A stretch of 64,000 bases of DNA, taken from NCBI GenBank assembly GCA_964016885.1, contig OZ024743.1:98146001-98210000 (forward strand). The letters run 5' to 3'. The translations under genes and the position numbers were made by a program. Below the pieces are notes generated by a model that worked only from the letters and a program-made list of their open reading frames with translations, searched no databases and had not been told where the DNA came from. Source of the DNA: Eledone cirrhosa (lineage: Eukaryota). Shown here in pieces: positions 40,640-54,149 of this stretch (position 1 is its first letter; each line of letters opens with the position of its first letter).

Positions 40640-41991
40640 CACTGCAAAATAGATGCCTGGTTTCGAGTATGGTGTACCTGAGTACTGTAAATTCAGGCAA
40701 CTCTACTTGACACTACATAGTTTCCACGGCTGGGGAGTTCAAAAAAAGGTGGTACGTCCACAGACACTCCATGAAGAAACATAGACTGGAGAACTCTACG
40801 ACGCTCGCCAATAAAATCTGGCAGCTTAAAAACACAAACCAGGAATATAGGATTAGCTGGTCAAAACGATCGGAAGCAAGGGCCTACAACAATGGAGTGT
40901 CCCACTGCGGACTTTGTAATATGGAGCTATTCCATATTTTAAGGTACGATAAGATGCTGCTTAACAGCAAAATAGAGATCAATTTTCTGTAGGCATAAAA
41001 TAGCTACCAAGTTCACAAATTTCAAACCACCGTGATTCGAGCCAGCAATCCCAAAATTAGAACTGAACCACCTCGATTTTAACGTATGGAATACACACCA
41101 TCACACCGATATTAGCTGTCAAACGGCCAACTGGTCACTAGATCATACACCTCTTAACATCTCTTTCGCCCTCTCTCCCTGAAACAGCATCAATCCCATT
41201 AAGACAAGACAATCAGCAAAATATTTACCACACATATTTGTCAAACCTCCCTTCACCATCCACCCTTAGCCCTTGGGTCTCATACTAGTATCCCCCAATT
41301 AATCTCTAATTTATTGCTTTTTCTTTTATCTGTCACTACCTCAGACTGTCTACACGTATCTATGTATGTTTCGAATATGACTTTTCTTGTTAGCACTAAA
41401 TCCACCACAGCATCCTTATTCGAACACTTACTCACCACCACCACTATCATATTCTGTACTTACATGCCCTCACTTATTTCTTTATATTTTTATTATTTTT
41501 CCATTTTCTTACTTTTTTACTGTATAATTTTTCTTATCTTTTACTTTTTACTTTTTACATCTGTAACTTCTCTACCTATTTATCATATATATTTTATTAT
41601 TGATGTTATTGTTTTGATTATACGCTATTTCTCTATATATGTCTTGCCCTGTGTGAATTGTTTTTGTATTCTGAGGAGTTGATCAGAGGTAAATAATGTA
41701 ATGGAGATCGAATGACGCAACTTCGAGCGATTAGCGGCCTCTAGACTCACCTGATCAATGAAACAATTGTCAATACCTGAAATAAAACCTCTTGTTGTAC
41801 AGCCAATCATGTTACTCTTCATTCTTTCACTATTATTACTCCAAGTATAACCTACATAGGAATTACCGCGAACTCACTGCCTAACTATGGAAACATCTTG
41901 TTGAGTTAAACAAAGCTGTACGTTAAAACTATCCACGACACAGAGTACTCACAATCTCTAACTGGATTACCTATAACGATAACTTGTTATC

Positions 41992-41995
<4 letters not shown>
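40640..41995 (+). mobile_element. 5'-truncated Penelope-like (Naiad) element: GIY-YIG, 3' UTR and pLTR
   Basis: ORF 40771-40992 STTLANKIWQLK...CGLCNME...LLNSKIE, hammerhead at 41666-41776, ends at (TA)n. Confidence 0.85.
41666..41776 (+). ncRNA. Type I hammerhead ribozyme with extended stem II
   Basis: GTATT-CTGAGGA-GTTGATCAG...CTGATCAAT-GAAAC-AATT-GTC/AATAC. Palindromic stem III (ACAATTGT). Confidence 0.88.
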
Positions 41996-42086
<91 letters not shown>

Positions 42087-42206
42087 GACTGTGAGATTTT
42101 CTTTAGAACTGCTGGACTAACAACCTAGCAGCTCCCTCAAGCACTGATGGTGATTATCGCTAAATATTGATGTTGATTTGGTTATCAATATTAATATTAT
42201 TGGGCA

Positions 42207-42329
42207 CCCACTGAAGAATTATAAGAGCCCACTTGAATAAGTATCTGTTGATCTTATACAAGCTTCTACATAATTTGGTATAATTTCACCCAACTTGTAG
42301 AAATCTTATAATGAAACGAGTCATCTGGG
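42207..42329 (+). ncRNA. Hammerhead ribozyme, copy 1
   Basis: CCCA-CTGAAGA-ATTATAAGA...TCTTATAAT-GAAAC-GAGTC-ATC/TGGG (stem III weakened by G>A). Confidence 0.7.
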
Positions 42330-42897
42330 AAGTGATATATTTGATATATCTCATCTGAAATGATACAGCCAATTTTCCACACAATACAATTAGTTAGCAC
42401 CCCGAACGTTTAATTAGGAATATACTCAGGTATTTCCTAATCTTTGTTGAGTGAGTTGGAATTTTGCCGGAGTATCGCTATTAGCTTTCTCCAATTATGT
42501 ATTTATATATTAATCTTGGAGCAACAGATATGAACTTTCCCGATATAAGGTATGACTCTCTTTGTTTATTTTTTATATGAATATTGATTGTTTGTTCTTG
42601 TATCTCATTCTGTTATTTTGCCTGAGAAAATATCTGTGTCATCAAGCGATGCGCACATATGGTTATTTTTTTCATATCCAATTGAGTTCTAGCACGTGGC
42701 TTAAATTCTTTTCAGAGTTCAATGACCTGCGCATGTATTGTTTTTTGGCGGTAGTCTCCTTCCTCCTATTTTCGAGACAGTGTGAGATTTTCTTTAGAAC
42801 TGCTGGACTAACAACCTAGCAGCTCCCTCAAGCACTGATGGTGATTATCGCTAAATATTGATGTTGATTTGGTTATCAATATTAATATTATTGGGCA

Positions 42898-43020
42898 CCC
42901 ACTGAAGAATTATAAGATCCCATTTGAATAAGTATCTGTTGATCTTATACAAGCTTCTACATAATTTGGTATAATTTCACCCAACTTGTAGAAATCTTAT
43001 AATGAAACGAGTTGTCTGGG
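42898..43020 (+). ncRNA. Hammerhead ribozyme, copy 2
   Basis: CCCA-CTGAAGA-ATTATAAGAT...ATCTTATAAT-GAAAC-GAGTT-GTC/TGGG. Confidence 0.85.
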
Positions 43021-43173
43021 AAGTGAGATATTTGATGAAATGATACAGCCAATTTTCCACACAATACAATTAGTTACCACCCCGAACGTTTAATTAGGAA
43101 TATACTCAGGTATTTCCTAATGTTTGTTGAGTGAGTTGGAATTTGGCCGGAGTATCGCTATTAGCTTTCTCCG

Positions 43174-43252
<79 letters not shown>

Positions 43253-43483
43253 GATGTCTATTCTTATATCTTTTGCCAGCTGAGTGAACTGGAGAAACGT
43301 GAAATAATGTGTCTTGCTCAAGCACACAGCACGCCATCTGGAATCGAACTCATGACCTTAAAATGGTCAGTTGAATTCCCTAACCACAAAGACACTCTTC
43401 TTAACATGTTAGATGTTCCTACCTAGTCAAACAGTAACTGATGTTTTTACTACCTGTTAATTCCGCACCTGTCAATATATATG

Positions 43484-45482
43484 TATTTCTATTTATTGCC
43501 ACGAGGGCGCAAAAGAAGGGACAAATACAAGGGGGAAGTTTACACAAAAAGGCGAGTAAAGAAAACAAATAACAAATATAAAATTAACAATAAAGACCTC
43601 AATAGGGAGGAGGCACACACCCCCGAAAAAAGTGTGCAACCTTTCTCCTCGGGAGCACAGAGGGAGGGTGCTCCCTCGTTCCTTCATTTTTCCATCTACA
43701 GGCTGATGTAGAGAGAAGGCCCATTCACACGGGCCATTCTCGCCACTTTCACCCACCTTTCATAAAAACGACTGGGGTGGAGCACCTCTCTCTCCATCCT
43801 GATCCTTCTTCCGAAATGATATCGGAAGAAACGGATCAGTTGTTGGCCAGAGAGAAAGGTGCCTGACCTCAGTCCTTTCAGACGCGTCCACCATACAACC
43901 TCTTTCACCATGGCTATTACGCATAGAAACACCGCCTCTCCTTCATTTTTGAAGGGGGGAGGCGGCTTAATCGTTACAATGGCTTCGGTGGTCAACCGGA
44001 TCGGTCCCACCTGTGACAGCAGTCGTTCGACATAGCCCCACAGATCGGCTACGCCCGAGCAGTGTACCAATGCGTGTGCAACGGTTTCCTCGTCGCACAC
44101 GCATCTGGGACAGATCTTTTTGGCGGGATCCCTACTCGGGCGCCCGTGTCTGTAGAGCTTTTCTCGAACGGGTAGAGCCCCTCGGTAGCACTGCCAGGCT
44201 AGGGACTTCTGGAAGTTGTCCATAGGTCCCGGGCTGAATGTCCTACCGAACAGGCTGGCCAGTTCGTCTTCCTCCATGTCTAGGGCTTCTCCGAGGGCGT
44301 CATCGCACCTGCTGCGTACCAGCCTTCTATAGAATGTCGAGGTGGAGTCTCCACTGATAACCGGTCCGCTTGCCAGAGGGCCGTCATCGCCTGAGCACAC
44401 TCAGTGTGCCAGGCGCCCAGTTTTTTCGGTCTTTGCTTGACCCAGGATTGCAGCTCGGTGGGTGAGACGAGTCTGGGAAAGGTTCGTCTCACAAACGGGG
44501 ACCACACCGGTTGACCGGTGAGGAATACGTGGAGGTGCCGTAGCCTTAATGCGTGTTTACGCATCATTAGCCACGGCATCCCCAGCCCTCCTTTCAAAGG
44601 GTGTTGACAGCAGATGGATCTCCTCACCAAAGGAGCCAGCTTCTTCCAAAGGAATTGGAAGAGTGCGCGCTCCATCTTGGCGAGGGTTTCCCTTGAGCAA
44701 GGCACGACGGTCAGGCGGTAGTAGATGGCGGACGCTATATAGGTGTTTGCCACCTCCGCCCGACCTTTCAGGGATAGTTTGCAACTGGCCCACTTCTGGG
44801 TCAGTGCAAACACCCTGTTCGTAACCTCACCCCAGTTCTTCTCCACCTGGAGGTCTGGTCCAAATCAGACCCCGAGCAACTTCACCGGGCCCTCCGTCCA
44901 GCGTCCGACGACGCCATCGGAGAGCATCGATTTTCCCCTCCACGTGCCGAGTTGCAAACCGATCGATTTGTCCCGGTTCAGCTTATCCCCTGTAAACCTT
45001 TCGTATTCCTCCAGTAAGGTGCCGATCGCCCCGATTTCAGAGGCCATCGACACCATTACTGTCACGTCATGGGCGTAGGCCGACGCTTTCCGCAATCCCG
45101 GTTCCAAAGGGATACCCTGCAACAACTCCAACTTCCGCAGTAGTGGCTCGAGAGTCAATACATACAGAAGGGAGGAGAGAGGGCACTCTTGTCGGATGGA
45201 CCGCGCGATTTCGAACGGCTCCGAGAGGTAGCCGTTCACCCTGATTCTAGAGCAGATGCGGCTGCTGTGCATAGCAGTGATCCAGCCCCTGAAAACGGGT
45301 CCGAAACCTGCCGCCGCTAGCACCGCATCCAGGTAACCATGGTCGATCCTATCGAACGCCTTAGATTGATCCAAGTTGATCAGGGCCCCACCAAAGCCGG
45401 GTTCGTTCCCAACCCTCTCTATGATGTATCGCATGAGGTGGAGGTTGTCGTGAATGGACCTGGACGGAATAGCACATGTCTG
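43484..45482 (-). mobile_element. 5'-truncated L1/Tx1-group LINE with 20-bp target-site duplication
   Basis: RT motifs LDQSKAFDRIDH, IRQECPLS, AYAHD, LSLKGR and GGLG, plus C-terminal CPRC...ETVAHALVHC across three frameshifted ORFs. CGCACCTGTCAATATATATG at 43464-43483 and 45483-45502. AATAAA at the 3' end. Confidence 0.92.
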
Positions 45483-45903
45483 CGCACCTGTCAATATATA
45501 TGACCTTTGTCATAGGCTCAAGTGACATGTGATCTGTTCTTAAGAAATCAATAGAAAAACAATGCAATCATATATATGCGTCTTTGTGTGCGCGCGTGTG
45601 TGTATGTATATATGTGTGTGTATGTGTGTATATACGTGTGTGTGTGTATGTATATATGTGTGTGTGTATGTGTGTGTATATATGTGTGTGTGTATGTATA
45701 TATGTGTGTGTATATGTGTGTGTGTATATATGTGTGTGTGTGTGTCTGTATATATGTGTGTGTGTATGTATATATATGTGTGTGTGTCTGTGTGTGTATG
45801 TATGTGTGTGTGTATGTGCGTGTATGTATATGTGTGTGTATGTATGTATATATATGTGTGTGTGTATATGTATATATGTGTGTCTATGTGTGTGTGTGCG
45901 TGC

Positions 45904-45961
<58 letters not shown>

Positions 45962-46049
45962 CTGTATATGTATATATGTGTGTATGTATGTATGTGTGTG
46001 TCTCTGTGGGCGGCTGTTTCTAACGGTCTCCCTTAACAACTGTTGCTTG

Positions 46050-46520
46050 CTTTCTCCCAGAAAGCTTCGTTATAAAAGGTCGCATTTTTATTGAATACAT
46101 CCTGGTTAGATGAAAGGTTAGAAATTCTGAGTGAGATATTATATGTTAGGTTTTTAAGGATAGATCTAGGGTGATTAGATTGTGAGTGTATGTAATGTAA
46201 GTTTTGGTTAGGTTTATGGTAAGGTTGGTAGATACCCGTAGATAAGTCTAAAGTTATATCAAGGAAATTAACTACTTTACTTGTGTTGTCAAATGTAATA
46301 GTGAGACTATAATAGTCTTTGAGGAAAGTTCTAATAAGTTTTTTATTTTTTTCAATTTCTGATAGGCTAAGGTTAGTGGAAAGAAGAAGACAGTCATCAC
46401 GATATAAAACACCTTTAAAGTGGGGAAAAGAAGCATGTATGTTAAATAGAAGAAAGAGGGCCACAAGATGGGTAATTTGGGCAGAATCACTAGAGCCCAT
46501 AGTAATGTCGAATAGATTAC
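46050..46520 (-). mobile_element. Penelope-like RT fragment
   Basis: FDITMGSSDSAQI...LYRDD...FLDITLDL...SNHP. Confidence 0.88.
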
Positions 46521-46620
46521 TATATATATATATATATATAACAAGGAGGTGAGGTAAAGAACCATATGGGCCATAACGCACCAGAGTACTCAATACTTAG
46601 GGTAGTAGAGTGGATAATAG

Positions 46621-46703
46621 GAAAAAGTTTGACCCCGACGGCAGAGCTCAAGCCGTTTCGACGGCTTCGAAACGGCTTGAGCTCTGCCGTCGGGGTCAAA
46701 CTT

Positions 46704-46707
<4 letters not shown>
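46621..46707. repeat. Perfect 41-bp-arm palindrome containing the 3' half of a hammerhead
   Basis: GAAAAAGTTTGACCCCGACGGCAGAGCTCAAGCCGTTTCGA-CGGCT-reverse complement. Each arm has GAAACGGC...GCCGTC. Confidence 0.9.
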
Positions 46708-46745
<38 letters not shown>

Positions 46746-47227
46746 ATAATAATAAATTTGAAGACTAAAATCCAAAGAGGGCTCGATAAGGATAAATATA
46801 GGCGTGCGCTAGCTGGAAGCGAACCTATCAGGCAGGTCAGACAAGACTGATACAGACAGATACACATACATTGTTTACACGATAAGTAATATTTTCCAGG
46901 TTTGTTTGTTACTTCCCATTACACACATACATTAACTTTTATCGTTGACTAATTGTATTCTTGTGTAAAGGAAACCAGTTCAAGTGAAGCCACAACATTT
47001 TGATATAAATGAAGTAGGCCGCACTTGTCAACAACTTACAGGTAGAGTACATAAGATGTATTTTGATTTCCTAACTAAGATAGAAGGTCATACATTGTTT
47101 TCTAAGGACTGCCTGGTGAAGTATTGTCAATTATATTGACTGCAGCACTTGACTAGTAATTAAGAACATAAGTACCAGTGAGGTTCCATTAAGTAATGTG
47201 TGGTGTGGTAAATAAATATATACATTT

Positions 47228-47500
47228 ACACCAGATCCGAACACAATGGAACCAAAGTCCCACTGTCACTGCCTCTGTCTCTCCTGCTCTCTCCATCTCT
47301 CACTATTATAAGCAAATGGGGACCCTTGCGCTGGCTCCCACGCGGCCCCGGTAGAGAGAATATAGAAGGCATTTGTCTGGAGGATGATGAGGGAGATGCG
47401 CTGGAAGAGCCATTCCAGCTTAAGAGGCTCACACCTGCAGGTAGCCAACTCTGTGCCGATTGTGGTGAGTAGAAAGGTGGTCCTGGGGCCAAGGACACAA
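47228..47500 (-). mobile_element. CRE-like retrotransposon 3' fragment
   Basis: ORF 47266-47448 LEWLFQRISLIILQTNA, and a 3' UTR homologous to 6494-6590. Confidence 0.75.
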
Positions 47501-47769
47501 AGATATCTCCACTTGTTCGGGCAAACATGATAAAGAGAATGTACATAACAGAACCTATATGCAGTACTTATATCCCTACAAAGTTTCTCGAAACATTTTG
47601 AACACTATAAAAGAACTTAATTTTAACACATTTGGGTACAACTGATGATGACGTCAGCTACATTTTTGTAATGCAGCGAGTGAAACAATCTTTCCCACCG
47701 TGGAATCTGAATGCAAAAAGAGTAGAGTTTTATTACTCTTTTGGTCATTACTAACCAGGTGTTTGCATA

Positions 47770-47781
47770 GTAATAGTAGCG

Positions 47782-47869
<88 letters not shown>

Positions 47870-47924
47870 CAGCAGCCGCAGTAGTAGTAGTAGTAGTAGT
47901 AGAAGTAGTAGTAGTAGCAGCAGC

Positions 47925-47980
<56 letters not shown>

Positions 47981-47987
47981 CAGCAGT

Positions 47988-48042
<55 letters not shown>
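47770..48042. repeat. (AGT/AGC)n trinucleotide repeat
   Basis: About 90 triplets. Confidence 0.95.
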
Positions 48043-50555
48043 TGTTCAGATAAAACAATAAAAATTGACTGCTTAAAGTATTACTTTTTGTTCACTTGTT
48101 TGTTTTTGTATGTTTTCCTTTTTGTGTGTAAATAACAATGGCTGCCATATTTGGTGCACATTGTTATTCCCAGTATATCATTTCTTGTCACTAACAGCCA
48201 TTGCTATTGTTTTCTTGACATAATATTCAATTTTAATCATTTTCTCTTTAATACGTACCATGTATTTACTGATGATCTATTCCACAAATGTTACTATATG
48301 ATTAAACGAAGAATTTTAATAATACAAATTTATTCAATACAAAATTAAACAGGAAAACGTCGCTTTGTTTATTAAAAAAATATCAAATACATAAGCAGTA
48401 TCATTTGTTCTGGATAGTATTGGTATTTATTCTTAATCTATTTCCTGCCAATTGTTTTAAAGATTTAATAACGTAGACATTTTTTCTATTATTTTTTAAA
48501 ACTTTGCATGGCCTCAGCCGGGTGGCTGGAACAGGTAAAAGAGTAAAAGAGTATAAGTGTATATCCCACCTCATCCCACTCCGAAATCATTGTCTTCGGT
48601 GGACATCAACTCACACAACTCTTCTTGCCTCTCACACTTATTCCATACCACCGATATCGGTGAATTGGCAATATCGGTAGAGCGTCAGACACCATGCGTT
48701 TCGGCACAGAGTTATGGCACTTTACGACTGAGTTCATATCCCGCGGAGGTTAGCTTTGCCTTTCATCCTTTCGGGGTCGATAAAATAAAGCACCAGTAAT
48801 GCACTGGGGTAATTGCTGGCCTTGTGCCAAAAGTAGAAATAATTTTAATCCTCAACTTTTTACCTCACTTAATTTCCACCTCTAAACGCAGACATGACCG
48901 ACATGACACTCCAAACACCTTTTGATTTCTTTAGCACCGCTTCACCAATCCACTACCAAAACCCATCACCAAATTGATGGTCAAAGCTAGAATGCCCTTT
49001 GATCATATGTTAATTTGGGGTTAATAAAAACATCAACCAGAATCAAGCAACCGAGCTAAACTTTCGCAATCATCCAAAGAACTGTGGTTATCTATAAGCC
49101 GAACATTCCTATTCAAATAACTAAACATACAACCATAATAGACTAACAGCTAACAGTTCAGTCAACTAACCGATTATGGCCGTCCAACCTTATCGCTTCG
49201 GCCACAAATTGGGGCGTCGCTTCCCACAACGCAGTGGAGTGAAAGGCGACTAAATACCAGGCATTGAAACTAAACATTTCCATGTTGTGCCTCTTACCAT
49301 TGAGACCTCCTGTATTCTGGGTTTCCCGGACTGCCGTTATCCTCCTCCAGATCAGAATAAGGGCACCAGGTGTGAGGAAAAAATCCCGCGATGTGAAATG
49401 ACTGCTCTCTGCTGCAACTCTTTCGTCATCTCTCCCGTGGAGAGCATCCAGTTTACAGTTTTTCTCCTTCCAATTTTTTTCCCTCGTACTCTATCATATC
49501 GCCACCTAGTAGCTTAGCAAGACTACTATTTCCAAGGAACTAGTCAACATTGTGTCCATAACTGAGAGAACAAAAAAGAAAAGATTCAATGTCTTGAACC
49601 TAACTAGCTAAATTACTAAACTCCTGCTTTCTAGTGAAATATTTCGGCCTTCTTTGCGTCAGAATAGACAATAAACTGCTTGAGCCAAACTAAGCATTTA
49701 ACCAATTGTACCCAAACAGGCGACCAATAAGCTTTGCTATTAAAACATATTTTAGTCCAGCTTTTGATCCAACCATTGTATTCATTTCGTTCGTTACATT
49801 CTGAGAAACTTCTGTATGTAAATATCTTGCTAGTTTCAGGTGTTTTACTATGACACTAACATGATAACATCAGTTTGGTTAAAACAGTTGACATCACTTT
49901 CTTCCCCCCCCCCTCTCTCTCTCTCTCTTTCTCCTTTTCTCCCACTTTCCTTCCTTCTCTTTCTCTTCCTTCTTCTCCCTCTCTTCCTCCTTCTCCATCC
50001 TTTCTCTCCCGTCCCCCCTCTCTATCTATTTGAGACTTAGCCACCACCTTCTCTGTTAGAACCTTTTAGAACTCTTTTAGAACTCTGTTAGAATATTTGC
50101 CCAACCTTCATGTGGTTTACCTTGATTTTTAAATCTTATTGGGTTCAGTATACAAATATCCTGCAAAGTTTCATCTGTATTTTAATGTGACAATAAGATG
50201 ATAATAAATCTTGCTAAAGAATATCGTTTGTTTGGTAGAAGTGTTGATATACTTCACTTGCAATGTCGCTTTAGTATTCTGGTGGAGAATGAAACTATTT
50301 TTACACTGTGAGCTCTACCTTTGACCGGGAGTAGCATGGAAGGTAATAAACAAGATTTATTACCATGAATGTGGTACAAGCTAATATAAAAACCCAAACT
50401 TCAGTTATGCAACAAAGCTAATAAACGAAAATAGTTTGGAGCAAATATGTTCTATTGTGCTAAAGCGGAAAGATTGTTCTCGTGTAGTAAATGTGTATTA
50501 ATAGGGAGGTAATAGTAACAAGGAAAGTTTTACATTTCTGTTGCTAAGCTGTCCA

Positions 50556-50592
<37 letters not shown>

Positions 50593-50655
50593 AGTATTAA
50601 AAAGCAATATATAGTTTAAATCATTGTTGTTATGTTCGCAAGCTTGAACAATTTA

Positions 50656-50787
<132 letters not shown>

Positions 50788-51069
50788 AGCATTATTAACC
50801 CTGAAGACGAAATAGTAAATAATGATACAATACTCCTCATATAAGAAAAACTATTGTTTACAGATAATCATCAAATTAATTTTTTTTATCTGAATTATAT
50901 CTTCAAAATATTACTTTAAAATTTAAGTTTCGCTGCACAAAACTTGAAACAAAACTGGAACTCGTGTTATCTGAACAGTAAAAACACGGGTCCGGCCCTC
51001 TGTAGTCAGGTGTCTGTTAGTAAGTGACACCAGGATGCTCCAGCCAGTATTATCACTCAAGCTGCTTCT

Positions 51070-51790
51070 CATTCTATGCTTCTGGCCTTTTGCCGTCCCC
51101 TCGATCCAGCCCCACCGGCTCGAGCTGGGAAAGGAAGCCTGCAGCGTCCAAACCATGCTTAATGACCTCGTTGAGGGCAGCATGGCGTGGAATGTGGCCG
51201 GCACTCTGGCGACAGGAAAGCGAGTGGAAGCCGAAAGTGTCCACGGTGGAACCGCAGCGACATTGGTGTGGCTGGCAGATCCGGAGGCCGAGCCTCAAGG
51301 AAACGCCGATGCGCAGGCTATGGTTATCTAGCTGCGTGGCAGTGGAGAAGGAGGGCAGGGCATGGAGCCAGGCACCACTGTGGTGTTTGGAGGCCGCACG
51401 AAAACAAGAAAGGCGGTGCTGGTCGAGCTGGCGCGTGAATTGTCTGAGGCCTTCTGCAGCCGCAACCTGGTACAGTCTGCGACTTACCCAGGTTCTGCTG
51501 CACGTCGGGCTGAGGAGGCCAAACTCCTCAAATACCGGTCCCTCTCCGACAGGTTTGCGGTCGTACCTCTGGCAGTGGAGACTTCTGGTATCCTCAGCCC
51601 CAGGGCTACCTCCTTACTCACCACTATAGGCGCTGAGCTGGCCAGCCGCAGGTGTGAGCCCCGCGAGTTAGAGTGGCTTTTCCAGCGCGTCTCCCTTGCC
51701 GTCCTCCGGGGAAACGCCTTCTCCAACCTGTCCGCCGGGGCTGTGGGTGGACCCCATCGCGTATCATTTTTGTAAATATGACAACAGTTT
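51070..51790 (+). mobile_element. CRE-like RLE retrotransposon with an inverted 5' segment
   Basis: Minus strand about 51465-51070: [10 protein letters not shown]...LRLGL..CRCG...HSLSC...RH...DGKRP. Plus strand about 51455-51775: AEEAKLLKY...VPLAVETSG...WLFQRVSLAVLRGNA. Confidence 0.88.
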
Positions 51791-53081
51791 GTGACCCATT
51801 TGCTATAAAGTATGTATAGATTATGTTTACTTAGTCGCATTATCGTTGTTGTTGTCGACATCGTTGTTATAATATTGGTGTGGTGTCCTTGACCTTTGGT
51901 CTGCTTTATCAGAGCTAAACAATAAACAGGATGTGTGTTAAGCAGATTTATTATACAACATGTCATCTCGTTAAAATACTCTATACTTGGTGCTCAAAAT
52001 GTATGCGAGTCTATAGGTTGAAAAATGTATTCAACCTCAACTAGGAAACGTTGATCGAAAGGAAATCATGGATTTGAAGAAGCAAAGGGGATTAAACAAA
52101 TTTATTTCAATTTTACAAGTTTAAAAGTGAATAATAAATAAAATATTCAAATAGAAAAAGGGATTAGTTTAGCCTAATTTGGATTGCTAATCTTTGAGAG
52201 ACGCCATCTATAATTTATGTTATTGGTTGTTTTAAGAACATTTATTTAAATAGAAGAATATTCTTGAATATTTAATCATAAACAGCTTCGGAATGGTAGA
52301 GAGTAGAATATTATAACGTCTCCTGCTTTATTGTGGATTTTATTCATCTCCTGTCTTAAAATTGTGGTGGATGATAATAGAAATCTACGGATGGTAAATA
52401 AAATATTTACGTGGAAAAAGATAAGAAAAGGAATTTCTTTTTAATCTTAATGATTAGATATTCTTAAAGGGAAATGCACAGACCACTGCATTTACATTGT
52501 TGATTTTAACAACTGTTTCTAACTAATATAAAACACATAGTATAATCTCAATATACTTTAATATGTTAATTTGATTTCTCTATATATTGTTAAAGTTATA
52601 TATTCTAATAACCAGGCATACATATGCTAATTTCTAACTGAACAAATAACATAATGGTAGCGATGTCTGAGTGTAAGGCCATTTAAAAACACACAAAAAC
52701 TATTCTTCATATTTTAGTAGAGGAAATTATTGAAGAGACCACAACATATGTTGTTGATTTTGTTAGATTTGGTGCTTGATGTTATTAGAAGAAAGACTAT
52801 CAAAAATAAAAGGCATTCTTATTTTGATGCTATTTTGGTTGTTCTATTTTAACAAGTATTTGTTATATTTTCTACTAACCAAACATACTAACAGAACAGA
52901 CAATACAATGAGGTCCTGGATGATGATACACAGAAAAGATGGATTAAGTTTAGATGACGGAAAGGAAATACAAAGGGCAATAGTCATCGATAAAGCCAGA
53001 GGTGTGATGAAAGAATAACTAATTTATTGATTAATTTATTGATTAATGGATTAATTATATGATTAAAACAGATGAAACTTA

Positions 53082-53204
<123 letters not shown>

Positions 53205-54149
53205 ATGATTGGCAGCGTGGCTCTCAAAATACAACAATATGTTTCAACACACGATTTCACATCAGGCTCCATCGTCTATGTACAACATCACTGAACAATA
53301 GGTAACAAACATTCTTAGAATGACTGATGCTTGCTAATCCACATCCGGAACAAATGAACCTAAATGTTCTGCTAAGAAAATTACCTATACGTCTGTATTC
53401 GACACCCAATTCATGAGCCGCTTAGTCAATACCTTATCGATTCAACCAATGATATCTTTATAAGCAATATAAATTCTAAATAGAACAAGTGGACCTTACT
53501 ATTGATACTGTTTTCATACTGGGGTTCAGTGTGTATCTTTTAATATCTTGTCTCTAGTATACTTTATTATAAAAGTATGAGAACTATGATTTATGGCAAT
53601 CATATCTTTCCTGTAAACATCAGTGATATAACTGAAGCGAAACGAGAATCAAAACCCCTCACGAACCCACCCGACATATTTGATCCAATATTAATCTCTG
53701 CTCCAATATAAAATAAGGCTCTATATTTTAGCATTCATAATTTTTTGTTTTGTTTTTGTTTTGATTTTTGTTTGTTTGTTTTTAGATTTTAAAGATATTA
53801 GTGGAATGTAAGCAAATTAAAATCACTTTAACTATTGATAGAAATTAAATCCGAAAATCAATTGATGAGAATTTGTGATTTGTTCTACGGCGCTCGCCAT
53901 GTATCAGTTACAATGTTCGTTTTAAATTTGCTTTGGTAACACAAATTTGGAAGGCTAGAAAAACAATTTAATAGAACTCAGAACTTGATTGCAAATTTAG
54001 AAAAGGCAAACTGGAATTCGGTGGTATTTGATATCGAGACGTAAAGGGATGCAGTTACATAACTCAATACATGTTATCCATTACTCTGTCAATTCTGACA
54101 ATACAGAGAGTTTAAAGAGCGCCAACAGCAGAGTTTAAAGAGCAACGGT

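Larger units (their letters stand above)
42083..43178 (+). mobile_element. Non-coding tandem element (1.6 copies of a 691-bp unit), each unit with a hammerhead; retrozyme-like
   Basis: 42083-42498 is repeated at 42772-43178. CTGAAGA cores at 42211 and 42902. (TA)n on both sides and no credible ORF. Confidence 0.8.

Noticed and set aside
47635-47700. CTGATGA...GAAAC hammerhead-like text (also 37350, 50801 and 62594)
   Set aside because: Stem I or III pairing, or the GAAA, is missing.
47654-48058. Poly-Ser/poly-Leu ORFs (and Lys/Arg-rich ORFs at 30571-30906)
   Set aside because: Simple repeats with no splice or domain support.
49175-49260. Possible HDV-like ribozyme (GTCGC...GGCGACTAA)
   Set aside because: A P4-like hairpin is present, but I could not build the P1/P2/P3 pseudoknot.
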